Counted from the first letter of the stretch, positions 33,148 through 47,601 are shown. The stretch is 52,440 nt of DNA from Octopus bimaculoides (GCF_001194135.2 NC_068981.1:133385433-133437872), one strand, 5' to 3'. Numbers and translations are program-made. Notes: generated from the letters alone by a model not told the origin.

Positions 33148-35603
33148 ATAATTACATCAAGAATATCAAACCCTCTTAAACCCATCCAAGTTTCCTGGTT
33201 ATATCCACTGCCTCAGTGAAAAACCAAAGATATTAGTTTTACATAGATGGATATGTGTATATAAATATCCTTGTATAAGAAAAAAAGTGCCTACAAAGTA
33301 GGAAATGTTTTCTGTTTTCTCTGTACAGAAGAACTTTTTCAAATCTTGTATTCAAGGTATCGGCTCCTGAATGCAAGGAGGGAGACTAGTTTAGCATATG
33401 TTCACGCCTGTGAATATGTTTGCAGAAACTACCATTAGATGTACTTTAAAGAATAAATTATGTATAATTGTAAGGTAACTGGAACCTTGAATCAGGCGAT
33501 ATATCACGATTAATATGCTTACATGTGTAATTAAAACAATTAAATAATTCTTAACAGTTATTGTTTGAATATTGAAATATAAATTAAATGGTTAATATGA
33601 ATATGAAGTTCTAAGTACAGGCGACAGTAGTGTATAGTATATATTGTTTACCGAAACTTTAATTTAGGCACGTACCTCGGGAATATATGATTAATAGCTT
33701 ATGAATGGTTAATTAATTTAAGTTAGAGCTACAATGTATTAATTTAATATTGGCTTTAACTTTATTGATTTCTTAATTTCTTAATTTGATTTGGTAATAT
33801 TTATGTTTTCCTCGATTAGATCGTTCATTTCTTTTCTCACTATTGTGCACTAATATTGGTGACGTATTATTCAACTATGGTAATTAGTAAGCACTTTTGA
33901 TTCGTCATCACTTCGTAGCTTTCAACACTTTAACACACACATGCACAAATACATAGGAATAGTAACGGCTGTTTTAAATACATCTGTTGCTAAAACACAC
34001 ATATCTGCGTCTATCAAAGGCCACCCAACACTTTGGAATGTAGTTGCTTTCTAACAAATTCTCTCCCCTGACGAAATACCCAATTTACGATATTCGATAT
34101 GACTAATTTAATTTTATTTATTTTAATTCCTCAAATTGAATTAATTGGGTATGGAAACAGCTGTAGGTGTAAAGAACTTGATGTTATATTGAATGGAATT
34201 TTTTCAAATAAATCGATGTCTATATATTAATTTCTCCATTTTCTTTTTTCTCATACAAGAATACACACACACACACTCATATATATATANNNNNNNNNNN
34301 NNNNNGTGTGTGTGTGTGTGTGTGTGTGTGTATACAGTTGAGCTCTGTCAGAACTGTCAGTGACTAGCTTGATAGATATAAATTTATAGGGAATTTAAAG
34401 CGTTGTGTGCCCATAAATGGCTAGAATAGCTCATCCACGGAGTAGCTGACCTTTCTAACTCTATGTACGTGCATGTGTGTGTATGTGTATGCTTGTGTAT
34501 ATGTGGGTGTTTTGGCCACATATAGCAGTAAAAAATACACAGTATTTCTTCGATTTTCAAAAATATAGTGACCCAATGACTTGTAACATGCGATGTAATT
34601 ATTCAGCAAATGTGAATAGAAGCGTCCACTCATATACATTTGTTTATATGAGTGGACACTACTAACAAATGTGATATAAAGCACATAAAAATACAAACAC
34701 GGACCTTCTCCATATTGTTTACGAAGCTATAGTTTGATAGTAATAACAGCAAAAATCATACTTACCAATAAAGTTAGTTATTTGGTTCCGATTTTTCTAT
34801 TTTAATCCACAGCCATTCCATTTCATTTACAGGTGGTTTACACAGTTGACACTCCTATTTCATATTAGTTTCGTTCAGGTTAAGCAGACAATAGCTTTAC
34901 ACTTCTATCCCTGTCAAATTAAGTGGACAGAAAAAAGTTCGACCTTGCAAATTGTAAAAAGATAGTTAAACAAAATAATGGCCCGGAACAGAGGTTATTC
35001 ATTGTAATGCGATACACGTATTGCTAAAGAGCAAGTGTTCGAAAATGAAAGGATAGTGTTCAAATCATCAACAAGGATAGCATCAATGATTTGTATTTTT
35101 GTATGGTACGAGGCCACAACGTTCAGGGTATTTCACGGGCATTTTCAACTCGGACCTCAAAGAGAACTGAATAAATGTTGCATATTATTTTTCTGTCGTT
35201 CTAACATTTTTACCAGTCGAATGTACTAATAATGATTTCCTTACATTAGGACAAGACCATATATTTCTAAGAGATCGGTATGGTTGATTTAATTGTATAC
35301 ACACTACTTGATTTGGAAGTATATTATCAACCAAAAACAAAGAAAAAAAAAGAAATATAAGCTGAAGCTGTGAATTGACAGAATCATTAGAATTATAAAA
35401 TACTTTTAGATATTTCTTCGAACGATTTACGCTCTGAGTTCAAATCTTACTGACGTCACTGTGCTTTCATCTTTCAAATAAGGCATTACTCAAGGATATT
35501 CGATTTACTGGACAGATAGTTTGTGCGAATATAGAACGGTCTTCTCGAGCCACTGGCCATTGAAGTGAACTTGATAGACAGAAACTGCATAAAAATAAAA
35601 TGA

Positions 35604-35652
<49 letters not shown>

Positions 35653-35669
35653 GATGTGTGCGTGTCTGT

Positions 35670-35870
35670 GTGCTCGTTGTTTGTCATCCCACCGCTTGAC
35701 AACCGATTTGGTTTGTTAACGTCCTCCTGGCATAGCGGTTCGACAAAAAGAGAATATGTAGAAAAATACCAGACTTTAAAATGAGTACTCGCTTCGATTT
35801 GTTCGACGAAACACTTAAGGCGCGGCTCTAGCATGGCTGCAGGTCAAAGACTGAAGCAGGTAAAAGACTC
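35670..35870. mobile_element. SINE-like family A copy, reverse orientation
   Basis: Matches 29635-29830 and 41065-41232. Confidence 0.75.
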
Positions 35871-36214
35871 AACAGAAAGATTGTCCTGCTCCATCTGGGT
35901 TGACTTAGGGCTAAATATACAATACCAACAGCAACAATAGCAATAGCCAAGGCGGCAACATTTGCCTTGCTCTTGTTTTCAAATGAGGAAAAAGAACTGA
36001 CAGCTTTTCTACAATCTGAATAACGAGTGGAGATCATCCGGTTGCTTAGGCAGCTATTAAAATGTAATTACCAGATAATTTTAACATTTATCCATCGTAT
36101 AATACATAATTAATATATAATTAATATATATATATGAAGATTGTAGTGCACTTATGGATAAGTGAGCCGTCTGGAGAGTGTTTACAGTTATATTATCAGA
36201 AGGGGCAGATGATA

Positions 36215-36590
36215 GACTTGGCAGAATCGGCAGAGCGGCAGATAAAATCCCCTTGTGGTATCTAGTTATATATCTTTATCATCTGAGTTCAAATCTTGTC
36301 AGGACCAATATATATTTCATCCTTCAATGTGCAATAGAATAAATACTAGACACTGCTTTTGATTTAATCAACTCTAGGCCTCTCAAAACATTTTTAGCTT
36401 TGTAGCTGAGTTATAAACCATTTTTACACATAAAATAGTATCTTAGATTGGCAGTATCGTTAGAGCATCGGTCAGCTTTGTCTTTCATCTCCCTCCGGGG
36501 TCGATAAACACCTTAAAGTACAGGAATTGATATAATTGATTATATATCTCTGCTCAAAACTGTTGGCCTTATACCTAAATTAGAAGTTAT
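36215..36590 (+). mobile_element. Two decayed tandem SINE family B fragments
   Basis: TGGCAGAATCGGCAGAGC..CTGAGTTCAAATC and TGGCAGTATCGTTAGAGC..CCGGGGTCGATAA. Confidence 0.6.
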
Positions 36591-38649
36591 TAGGTGCAAA
36601 AGATTCAATAAACTTTAGACCAGTGTAAAAATATTTAGTTAAAGCTTTCACTCCTTTATCAAGGACAATTTTTACTTTTTTTTCTTCTCGAGACCAATGA
36701 TTTAAAAACAAGCCTTACATTGAGACCAACCGAATCGAGTGTAGTCTTCGTTATAAATCTGTGGTCTTCTACCATTGAAAGAAACCATTAAATTCAATCG
36801 TTGTTATCACTTGCGGAACTTGAAATATGCTATAATACCTTTTGTCCATCTACTTCTTGAATACAAATGACACCGGTTTCGTTTATTCGAGAGAAATGAA
36901 ATAATAATAGTATGAAATCAATCCCAATGATTATAGTCTCGCCATTAAAAACTGCAACATCGTGCATCGTTACAATAAAACTTAAGCAGTGAGTAGTATA
37001 TTTTATAGGTAAGTTGCCAAGATTTTCGTCAATGGTATTAGCGTTGGCATTGCAAAATCACAAACATATTACAATTCGTATATATTAATGCAGCTTCAGA
37101 GGAAGAAAAGTAATGAAATATTTCTCAAGTCCAGATCAACATAATTTAAACTAGGATTTCCTTTCAGTGCTAGGAGATAGCTCAGCTCTGATCAATTGCT
37201 AAGCCTCTACAAAGTTCAAGACACATTTTGGACACATTTTGGATTACTGTTTATATATGAGACAAAACACTTTGGCAAATGTTCCTCACTAGCACAGTAA
37301 GTGGAATTCATTCCCGACCACCACTTTTCTCCTATGAGCATCCACTACGAGTAAATATCAACCACACCAATGCCATTTGCATTACAAGACCTGAAAAACT
37401 AAGAGATATTACTTTTTTTCTTTTGATTGTTGTTTAGGAACAAATTATCGACATATATTTTCTGTATGCATGATTTGTAATTATAATGTTCTCTTTTGTT
37501 TGTGAAAAGAACTGCGAAAATAAATAAAGTAAAACTGAAAATTCATACAGATGTAATATTTTCAGATGGCATATACAATAAAATGCAAACAACATTTTGA
37601 ATAAGAAATGTGAGTATTTCTAAATCGATCTATAAAACAAACTGATGTGTATGATATAAAAGCATTCATTCCATATAGAGACAAGTTATACAATATCCGA
37701 TATTGAAACGATTATTTTTCTTTCTTTAAATTTTAAGAGTTTTTCGGAAATATTTGTAAACGGAATGGAAAAATCTAAGGATTTCTTACATTGTTGCATT
37801 GATGAAATTTATAGGGTAAGGATATATGTAACTTACAACAGAATCCACCGGAATACATGATTGGTACTTATCGACCCTCCTTGAAAAACAGGGGAAACGC
37901 AACAAAATCTACAGGAGAAGAATCTGAAATCAGATTAAACATGGTCGAAACATTTAGTTTTGTGTTATGTTGCAGCTTCCACTTCACAATCCGCTAGAAA
38001 CAAAAATAAAACGAACAATAATGGAAATAAATTTGAATTTCTTGAATAATATCTTAACTGAAAAATACATTATGTTGTGAAATGTCGAAATGGATGTAAA
38101 ATGAATGAAACATTTTACAATTTTGGAAACGGCTCGAGGATCCAGTTTTCTATTATTCATGCTAAAAGTCGGTTAATACGACATTTCATTAAAAAAAAAT
38201 ACTTGCGAAACGCTAATAGAATGCCGATGCTATTTCTGAAGCAATAATGAAAACAAATAATACATCTAAAAGGAAATGAAACTCGCAGTATTGGAATAAA
38301 TAAGTAAAAAAAAAAAACAGTACAATTTGATAGCAATTAAAATAGAATCTCTTCTGCCAAGCGATATATTTTGTTCATTTCCATGTAAATTATATCGATA
38401 ATTTCTTCTAATTAACGAGAGAAATAAAAAAAATAGTTTCCTTGCTGAAGAACAAAAGTATCAATTCTAAGGTAAGGCTGTATTCCACTGAATACACCCC
38501 AGTGCATTACTGGTAATTAAAATCAAATCTATTTCAGCAAAACTTAAAACAGAAAAAGTGTAAGCAGGATAATAAAAACCAATTCCTTTTCAAGCATAGT
38601 ATAAATTATAGAGTACAGGTACACACATACATAGTCACACACTCACTCA

Positions 38650-38684
<35 letters not shown>

Positions 38685-38908
38685 ATATATATATNNNNNN
38701 NNNNNNNNNNNNNNNNNNNNNNNNNNNNNNNNNNNNNNNNNNNNNNNNNNNNNNNNNNNNNNNNNNNNNNNNNNNNNNNNNNNNNNNNNNNNNNNNNNNN
38801 NNNNNNNNNNNNNNNNNNNNNNNNNNNNNNNNNNNNNNNNNNNNNNNNNNNNNNNNNNNNNNNNNNNNNNNNNNATATGCGTGCATGTCATTATTCAGTT
38901 TATTTTAA

Positions 38909-39098
38909 GACGGCGAGCTGGCAGAAACATTATTTCGTCTGTCTTTATGTTCTGAGTTCAATTTCCGCCGAGGTCGACTTTGCTTTTCATCCTTTCAGGG
39001 TCGATAAGTTAAGTACCAGTTGCGTACTGGGGTTGATCTAATTGACTGGCCCCCTCCCCCAAAATTTCGGGCCTTGTACCTAGAGTAGAAAAGATTAT
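38909..39098 (+). mobile_element. SINE family B copy (well preserved)
   Basis: Head, B-box-like GAGTTCAATTTCC and central CATCCTTTCAGGGTCGATAAGTTAAGTACCAG. Confidence 0.88.
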
Positions 39099-39776
39099 TC
39101 AATTTATTTCAAGATTTCAAGCTAAGAGAGAATGAACTGGTTTCTAACCTATATATATATATACGATGGGCTTCTTTCAGTTTCAGAGATTAGATTCGAT
39201 CCGTAGTCTTCCAATTAGCTTTCTTCTTTCTGATTTTGGGAAGCCTAATTTCTCAAGATTGGTATTTAGTCTGTGTGTTACATATCCCAGGGCCCCAATA
39301 ATTACTGGGATAAACCTGAACATGTAAACTGGATAGAGTAACTGTATGTATGTATGTATGTATGTATGTATGTATGTATGTATGTATGTATGTATGTATA
39401 ATTCCAAGTGGAAATCTCATAGATTGCAGTTATGTTTCACATTTAGCCGATTCTGAATAAATCAGAGAATTAAATGAAACAATTTTATATTGAAACAGAG
39501 GATGAAAAATGAAAGAGCTTTACACATGTACGTTAATAATATGAAACCTTTTGATGTGTTACGTTATCGTATATGGCTGCATGCTGTTCATCGCTAGTCA
39601 TTTTGATATATGACAGCAATCTCAAAGGATGAAAGACAAAGTTGATCTCAAATCATAGGGAGCTGGAAAAAAAAAATAAAGCAACTAATTTTGCTTTACC
39701 CTAACGACATTCTCCCTCTATCAAACACACACATACATACACACACATACATACACACACTCACACGATATATATA

Positions 39777-39990
39777 CGAAGGGGTGCTGAAAAGTCCCTG
39801 GCTTTAAAGGCGTCACGAAAGGCATGGTTGGAGGTCCAACCTTCCGAGTTCTTTTACAAGGCTTAGAAAAACTGAAGAACCGCTGCAATAGATGTGTGAA
39901 TTTGACAGAGAAATATGTTGAATAGATTGTAATTAACTGATCTGCTCGTATTTTCTTTTACCCAAAGCCAAGAACTTTTCAATATCCCAA
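39777..39990 (+). mobile_element. Mariner-derived MITE-like element
   Basis: Inverted termini TGAAAAGTCCCTGGCTTT / TGAAAAGTTCTTGGCTTT (rc); internal LEKLKNRCNRCVNL..YVE* resembles a mariner transposase C-terminus. Confidence 0.75.
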
Positions 39991-40701
39991 TATATATATA
40001 CACACGCATATATATGTATATATATATATATATNNNNNNNNNNNNNNNNNNNNNNNNNNNNNNNNNNNNNNNNNNNNNNNNNNNNNNNNNNNNNNNNNNN
40101 NNNNNNNNNNNNNNNNNNNNNNNNNNNNNNNNNNNNNNNNNNNNNNNNNNNNNNNNNNNNNNNNNNNNNNNNNNNNNNNNNNNNNNNNNNNNNNNNNNNN
40201 NNNNNNNNNNNNNNNNNNNNNNNNNNNNNNNNNNNNNNNNNNNNNNNNNNNNNNNNNNNNNNNNNNNNNNNNNNNNNNNNNNNNNNNNNNNNNNNNNNNN
40301 NNNNNNNNNNNNNNNNNNNNNNNNNNNNNNNNNNNNNNNNNNNNNNNNNNNNNNNNNNNNNNNNNNNNNNNNNNNNNNNNNNNNNNNNNNNNNNNNNNNN
40401 NNNNNNNNNNNNNNNNNNNNNNNNNNNNNNNNNNNNNNNNNNNNNNNNNNNNNNNNNNNNNNNNNNNNNNNNNNNNNNNNNNNNNNNNNNNNNNNNNNNN
40501 NNNNNNNNNNNNNNNNNNNNNNNNNNNNNNNNNNNNNNNNNNNNNNNNNNNNNNNNNNNNNNNNNNNNNNNNNNNNNNNNNNNNNNNNNNNNNNNNNNNN
40601 NNNNNNNNNNNNNNNNNNNNNNNNNNNNNNNNNNNNNNNNNNNNNNNNNNNNNNNNNNNNNNNNNNNNNNNNNNNNNNNNNNNNNNNNNNNNNNNNNNNN
40701 N

Positions 40702-40823
40702 TACACACAAGGGTTTGGTCGGGTCAAGGCTATAGTAGAAGACACTTGCTCAATGTGCCACACAGTGGGACTGGACCGGGAACCATATGGTTCAGAAGCA
40801 AGGTCCTTACCACACAGCCACGC
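40702..40823 (-). mobile_element. SINE family C copy
   Basis: Matches 22087-22249. Confidence 0.8.
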
Positions 40824-40844
40824 TATATATATTGATATTACGTC

Positions 40845-40995
40845 TATGTAGTAAGAAGTATGGTACCCAACCACACAGTTCAGGGTTTAGTCCCAGCACG
40901 TGGCATCTCCGGCCAGTGTTTTCTACTATAGTCCTGAGCTGACCAGTGCGTTGTGAATGTATCTGACAAATGGAAACTGAAAGAATCCCGTCGCA
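40845..40995 (+). mobile_element. SINE family C copy
   Basis: Reverse complement of the family C minus copies; ends GGAAACTGAAAGAATCCCGTCG. Confidence 0.75.
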
Positions 40996-41064
40996 TATGT
41001 GTGTGTGTGTTTGTGTGTTTGTGTGTGTGCGTGTGTGTTTGTGTGTGTGCGTGTGTGTTTGTGA

Positions 41065-41232
41065 ATATCAACCGATGTTGGTTTCTTTATGTTCCTGCAG
41101 TTTGGCGGTTCGACAAGAGATACATATAGTAGAGTTCCAGACTTTAAAATACGTACTAAGATGGATTTATTTGACTAAGTCATTTCAAGGCAGTACCCCA
41201 TCAAGGTCGCAGTTCAATGACTGAAACAAGAT
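41065..41232. mobile_element. SINE-like family A copy, reverse orientation
   Basis: Matches 35670-35870. Confidence 0.7.
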
Positions 41233-42809
41233 ATATATATATACATATATATTCTCTTATTGTTTTACTCTGTTATATGTTTCAGCCTTGAGACTGCGGC
41301 CATACATGTTAAATTTAGCATAGACTGCCACATAACAAGATAGTAAAATAATACAGTCGTATTTACCTTTATATAGTTGCGATGGTCTTAGCTGAAATGC
41401 TTTTGATCATTAGTTTGCCAGTTCAGTGTTGACTAGGGAGATATCCAATAACTGCAAAAAGATATTTCTTTACATTATATAGAATGACTTTATATTTAGG
41501 TGCATAAAGAAAATTGTTTATTCACAGGTCAGTTGGGACTAACCAGATCTATATTCAAAGTCATTCCTGCGATTTATTCAGTCATAGAAAATCTAGAACC
41601 ACACCAGTCGATGCATCTTTCATTAATCAAAGAGACTGGAGTGTTATTTGACAGACTGTTACTTCTGGAAGTAAAAGATTGAACGACGACGAAAAATGTC
41701 TTCGTTAGAGTTGAGCAGCAAAAATCAAGAGCGAGCATTACATGAATTGAATGAAATCTATAAATTGTAAATGTGTATCTAAAAGGTATTAAATATTACA
41801 ATAAAATAAAACAATGCTTGATTTCTGTAGCTAATAACTAATCTTTGTTCACACCCTACTTCCTCTAGATTACTGAGAAAATGTCAAATTTCAAAGATCA
41901 TATCTTGTCAAGTCGCGCGTATTCTAGACTTGCTCTTCTGTATTATTTTTCTCCAGTTATTATGCTTTTGCATTGTTCTTTATCGTTTTTTTATTATGTT
42001 CCTTATGACTTTTTTTATATTTGCATATTTCTATGCTTTGTTATAAATGTGCATGCAATTAACAATTACAGTTGGTTATTTTATCTGGCTGTCTAGAATC
42101 TCACGTACGAGGCAAGATCTAAAAGTTCGTGCCATTATATATTTTCTTTCTTTAAAGTGATTTAGTTATCACAATTTTTTTCTTTAGTCTTTCTATTTTA
42201 TTTATTCGGCAATTAACACACCTCTAAAGTAAATTAAGTAAATACCAAAGATTACTAATCAATATATCTCACTTAAAGAAAATAATACACAGATTCACAG
42301 AATTCTTTGCACGCTTTGAGTAATCACGGAGAAGAAAATCGACAAAAGAATTCCGGAAAACGTGTCTAATAATGATTTCTTACATTGGTACAAAGACCAG
42401 AGATTTTGTTAGTGGGGGTTACACTTGGTAGAAGGGGGTTCTGCGCGACAGAATCTAGCCTAGATTGAGATTCCTATTTATGGTATCGATCTTTCTATGA
42501 TGAATAGCAAAGTCAGGCAACAAATATTTGACTCTTAACAATATTTATGTTTGATTTTATGAAATATTCGATAAGTGCTCATGAACTTTGCAGACACAAC
42601 CAGACAGGTCAAATTGGTGCGGTTGATGTTCAAGTTAATGTACGAAGTATAACTTTGAAAGGATGGGAAGTATGACACAGTAAAAGTGATCGCCAGAAGT
42701 AGACGTAATTACGATAGCGATAGAAGAGATACGGTAGAGAAAAGAAACAAATTACATTAAAACGACTGATTCTTGTATCTGTCAAGACGAGATGTAGTCA
42801 ATATTGTTG

Positions 42810-43560
42810 CTTGGGTTACGTTGGCTTCGTTAGAAGGTGCTGAGTTTTCTTTCATCGCATAATTCATCCATCCAGAGCTTAACTTTCTTTAGCAGCATGA
42901 ATTCTAAGACCTTGTGGAAAGATGTGAGGTGGCGTGACATGACCTTCGTCTCTTATCACTCCTAAAAGCTACACAGTTGTCCCTGCCAGAAACTTAATGT
43001 GCATCTCTCTGGTGATATCAGAAGGATTTGCACATGACCATCTGTCATTTTACCTTTTGGCCTTGGTCAAAATTTTTCTCATCGGATCTCATCAGAGAAG
43101 AACCAAAGCTTGTTATATTCGTGGTTTGTAACCTTAAGTAATCACTTGGCACAGATCAAACGGTTTACCCAAGTTGTTTTAGATGTGAATTGGTCTCACT
43201 TCTGTACATATAACTTGTATTGAATATCTTCCTGAACCACAGTACTGAAAGTACATTCCGTCAGCTGAAGTTCTTTGGGGATGGATACCCCGTGTGATGA
43301 ATTGCGATGAATACTATGCGAACGTTTAAAATGATTTTTTTTTTTTTTTGTTGGTACAATTGAAAAAATCTCGCCCAGAGCTTCCAATTCCTTCCAAACT
43401 TTTTGTATCAAAGATCTTGCAACCTTTAGAGCATTTTACAATTTCTTAGTCACTGTATTCTGCACATACACAAAAACATTACTGCATATCTTTTCCTTTC
43501 TTGTGTTAGCATTTTATCTGCCAAGGGCTATCTGAAATAATGATAATCTTTTAATTGATT
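42810..43560 (-). mobile_element. Heavily decayed maT-like transposase remnant (same subfamily as 11305-12500)
   Basis: Minus frames KVARSLIQKVWKELEA, VVQEDIQYKLYV, LWFFSDE, KNFDQGQKV, GVIRDEGHVTPPHIFPQGLRIHAA; TIRs not identified. Confidence 0.8.
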
Positions 43561-45121
43561 TGAAGAGAGTGGAATTCTGATAATCAAGTGTATTCAATGT
43601 CTCCAATTTTCAATAACCTCAACTAAAGGCAATCCCATCCTTCACCAGCTATTTGGCCACTAAATTTCAAAAGCCCGGCAGTCCAGGATTACTTATAAAC
43701 ACCACGTCTGGTTGCCTCGTTGTGTTTTTCTTTATCTGAACTTGGAAAATACTGTAAGCAACTGTTTTTGTTTTTCACATACAGAATAATAACAGTGTCT
43801 TCAGTTCTGTCAATTCTTTGTTTTCCCTCTGAAACTTCAGACTTCACTCTGCTATGTAAACGGAATAATTACATACATGCATCTCTAGTACCGACGGTAT
43901 GTCATACTATTTTAAATGGCTCCTTATTATAAGCCCAATTATCACTTTACTTTCTTTGTTTTATGTGAACTTGTTCAAAGTAATTCTTCAATTTAATGGG
44001 TTAAAGACAGTATGTGGGTTGAGAAATGAGTTTTGAGTTGAAAAATACATCAAACGCATTTGTGAATGTGTTAGTGTATCTGATACACGAAACGAATGTA
44101 TATGAGAGCATACTACCAGATGCAGAGAGACGATAGTGGCAAAAAATAGCCCTTTGCCGGCAGGGTCGTGTGTGAATTGTGTATGTTGAAGTTACTGAAG
44201 GTGGTGAGTTCTGAGAGGGGTAGGGTGTGTTTATTTACAGGAAGTGGCATAACTGAGTTGCTTATTGTAAGTGAAGGACAATAAGAGGAAATGTGTATGA
44301 GTATATGAATTGACGGGGATTATAGAATTATAGGTTTTTCTCTCCTGCATTTGTTTGTATTCATATTTTTTATAGGTAGGAACTCGTGATTTTAATTTTA
44401 AGAAATACATTTCAAGTGGAGTATTCGTTCTTAATTAAGAGTTTGTATGTTAACTAAGTGAGACATTATTATGATATCTTAAAATTCTGTACTATCTTAC
44501 AGCCCCATCCTTAATTAAGAAATGCTTGTTTTGCCTGATTATCAAACCCCCATGATGCCATTGCAGCTAAAACGAAAGACATACATTCATGGAGCAATGT
44601 TGTAAATTAGAATTCGACAAATACAATATAATAAATGCTAATGGCTATAATAATAGCTAATTAGATATGAATTATTTGATTATGAAAGTTGGTGATCTAT
44701 TTTAGTATATTAGTAATAGTATTTTACTTAACCATACTGCTTCAGTATCATTTTTTCATCCAAAGTTTTTATTCCAGTCAATTTTCTTCTTTTTTTTTAT
44801 GCCTGGGTTAAACGTGAACATGTCCATAATTTTTAACTTCCAGACAACCCGGTTTTATGAATATACGTAATTAAACACTGATATCTCCTCAGTGGTATAT
44901 TCTAAAGATTTTTATTCTTGCTTTCACTATTTCATCAGTTTCTTCGCTAAGATTAGATTTAAGTCCAGCCGGGTGCCGACGGTGAAGAAATATAACTGCA
45001 GCCAGGTTTCAAATTTTGGAAAGAAGTAATTCAGTTCATTTATATTTAACATTAGATATTGTTTATTTTTGTAAGATACAGAGAGGTATGATAAAAGACA
45101 AGATACGAAGCGATGTGTACA

Positions 45122-45190
<69 letters not shown>

Positions 45191-45200
45191 NNNNNNNNNN

Positions 45201-45695
45201 TGTTGTATAGTTCCCTCTTCTGTTCTTGGCAATTCTGAATTTAGCGTACAGCAAAGATCATGTCGACTGTCCCATGACCATTTCTGAATCCACACTGACT
45301 CTCTGACAGACGTTCTTCTTCCTTGTGCTGAATGAGGCGGTTAAGGAAGACTCTTGCAAGTATCTTACCAGCGATGCTTGTTTTCCTTTCTCTTGTAGAG
45401 ATGGACAATAGAATCATGTTGTCACATGTTCTGGAAAAGATTGGTAAGCATTTGTGCCAAAACTAGTATCCTGCCTTGTATGTTCCAGCTAGGATGAAAT
45501 CAGAGCCTGGTGCTTTGCTATTTGAGAGTAGCTTCATTTCTTCCTGAACTTTTGCTTCGGTCGGAGAAGTGTTGACGCCCTTGAGGCATACGAGCAATAA
45601 CTTCAGCGATGACAGAGGAAGGCCTGTTCAGCACATTGCTGAAGTGCACTGCCCATCGTTTCCAGATTGCATTTTTGTCAGTGAGGGGAGTGATG
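45201..45695 (-). mobile_element. RTE LINE fragment (linker plus early RT domains)
   Basis: LTDKNAIWKRWAVHFSNVLNRPSS, LSNSKAPGSD, SIAGKILARVFLNRL, SESQCGFRNGHGTVDMIFAVR, CQEQKRELY. Confidence 0.88.
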
Positions 45696-45845
45696 GCATA
45701 CTCTTCAACCTGCAAAGGCAACACGACAAGACTAAGGTGAAAGAGAACTCAGTGCGTGACTTCCTGTTCGCAAACAACTACACACTCAACGATGCTACAG
45801 AGGCTCAGATGCAGCAAAGCATGAACTGCTTTTCCATTGCTTGAA
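45691..45845 (+). mobile_element. RTE LINE fragment (RT catalytic region, FADD decayed to FANN)
   Basis: DGILFNLQRQHDKTKVKENSVRDFLFANNYTLNDATEAQMQQSMNCFSIA. Confidence 0.85.
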
Positions 45846-45849
45846 ACAC

Positions 45850-46230
45850 GGAAAAAATGCTTAGCAACATTTCTTCGGTCTTTGCGTTCTGAGCTCAAAA
45901 GCCGTTGTGATCGACTTTGTTTTTCATTCCTTTAGGATTAATAAAATAAGTTTCAGATATAATCGATATAATCGACTTACTCCGCTCCCCTGAAACTGCT
46001 GGTCTTTTACCAAAATTGGAAACCATTATTAGTGCATGTAAATAAGCTGGCGAGCTGACAGAATCTTAGAGGCATTTCGTCCATCTTTACATTCTGAATT
46101 CAAATTCTCACGCGGTCGGCTTTGCCTTTCATCTTTTCGAGGTCGGTGAAATTATTACCAGTTCAGCACTGAGGTCAATATAATCGACTAACCTTCTCCT
46201 TTAAAATTTCAGTCTTTGCACTTATAGTAG
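45850..46230 (+). mobile_element. Two tandem SINE family B copies
   Basis: AAATGCTTAGCAACATTTC..GTTCTGAGCTCAAA and GGCGAGCTGACAGAATC..TTCTGAATTCAAATTC..ACTGAGGTCAATATAATCGAC. Confidence 0.75.
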
Positions 46231-47601
46231 GATGAAGTATTAGAGAACATAACTAAAATATTTAGAAAATAACATCAAAATTTAAGTTTTGAATTAAATA
46301 ATTTTAGCTTCATTGCCGGTGTTAACGAATCAAATACGTATATAAGATAAAAATAATGTAAAAACAGTTTAAAATATTCAACAAATCATTATATTCCAAA
46401 CAACAAATGACTGCATTGTGTTTGAAACAGACATGTTTCTGCTTATAACACGATGTCGTATATCTTGACAATGATTTACTTTTAAAATATGCTTGAATTT
46501 AGATATTGCATGTATGCAATATATACATATTTTATTACTAAGAAAAATCAAAACTACTTTGATTACACATTGCGCCCCATAGCACCCTATTTACATTTAC
46601 TGCCTTCTTGTGAGTTCGCAATGTTACCAAAGAGGCACTATTATCCTGCATATGTGAGAGTATCACCACGAGCACAACATTATATCCTCCATTATCTCTC
46701 ATACTTCAGCAGGTGTTACACTGTTGCCACCACCATCAACACCATGACTCTTGTATTACACTCATACTTGTAAAAGCATTACTCATGTTTTATCAGTATT
46801 GCAAGGATGGTACTGTATATAGCTTAGAGTATTCGAGCTGCTCGTACGAAGTGGTAACTTCTTAGTCTTTAGTAAAGATAGCGTTTTCCAATGAGTCATG
46901 ACTATAAATATTCATTTACAGTAAAGTAAAAAAAAAAAGTGCTGAGGGGAGTTAACCAAAAGTCATTAATCAATACACAGAGAATACAAATCCTTAAACG
47001 ACAGCTCTACTTATCTACACATAATCATTTCTTGCATGTGCAACATTGTCATTTCATTGTATATAGCGATATAAAGTAAAACGAACAGTATAGGCAAGCA
47101 ACAGCGTGATGGATGCGAGAAAATGCACAATGATGAAAAGGCAAAAAATAGAAATTCTTCAATTGCAGTAAAATCTTTTCCTTAAATTCTGTCTCTCTCT
47201 TCTTTTAGCCATTTTACTGTTATATCGAATAAAAAAATTATTACGAATTTCTGTTATGTTGTTAGATGTCTAACAGATTAATGTGAAGGATATTTTTTTT
47301 AATTATTTTCTTTGATGTTATATTAAACATCCCACATTGTAGTTGTTATTGTTGCAACAACATAGTAATATAGACTCGTTTCTGTCTGTTGTATGTCTGT
47401 TTCTTTGCGTATTTCTTTCTTTCCCCGTCTCCCCTCTCCTCTTTCCGCCACCACCCTCTGACTCACCTACTCTATCGCCATCTCTCTATCCTTTATCTCG
47501 TCAGTTGAGACGGTTAAATTTGATAGTCGAGATTCAAAGTTGTGGGATATTGGCCTCAGATGGGGCACACATATGCATACAAACATGAATATACATATAT
47601 G

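Noticed and set aside
35880-36020. Minus frame with a hydrophobic stretch NVAALAIAIVAVGIVYLAL
   Set aside because: Derived from a GCT/GTT/ATT low-complexity run, and the frame runs into a SINE with no clear donor.
42106-42135. TACGAGGCAAGATCTAAAAGTTCGTGCC, resembling a mariner TIR
   Set aside because: No partner TIR or transposase nearby.
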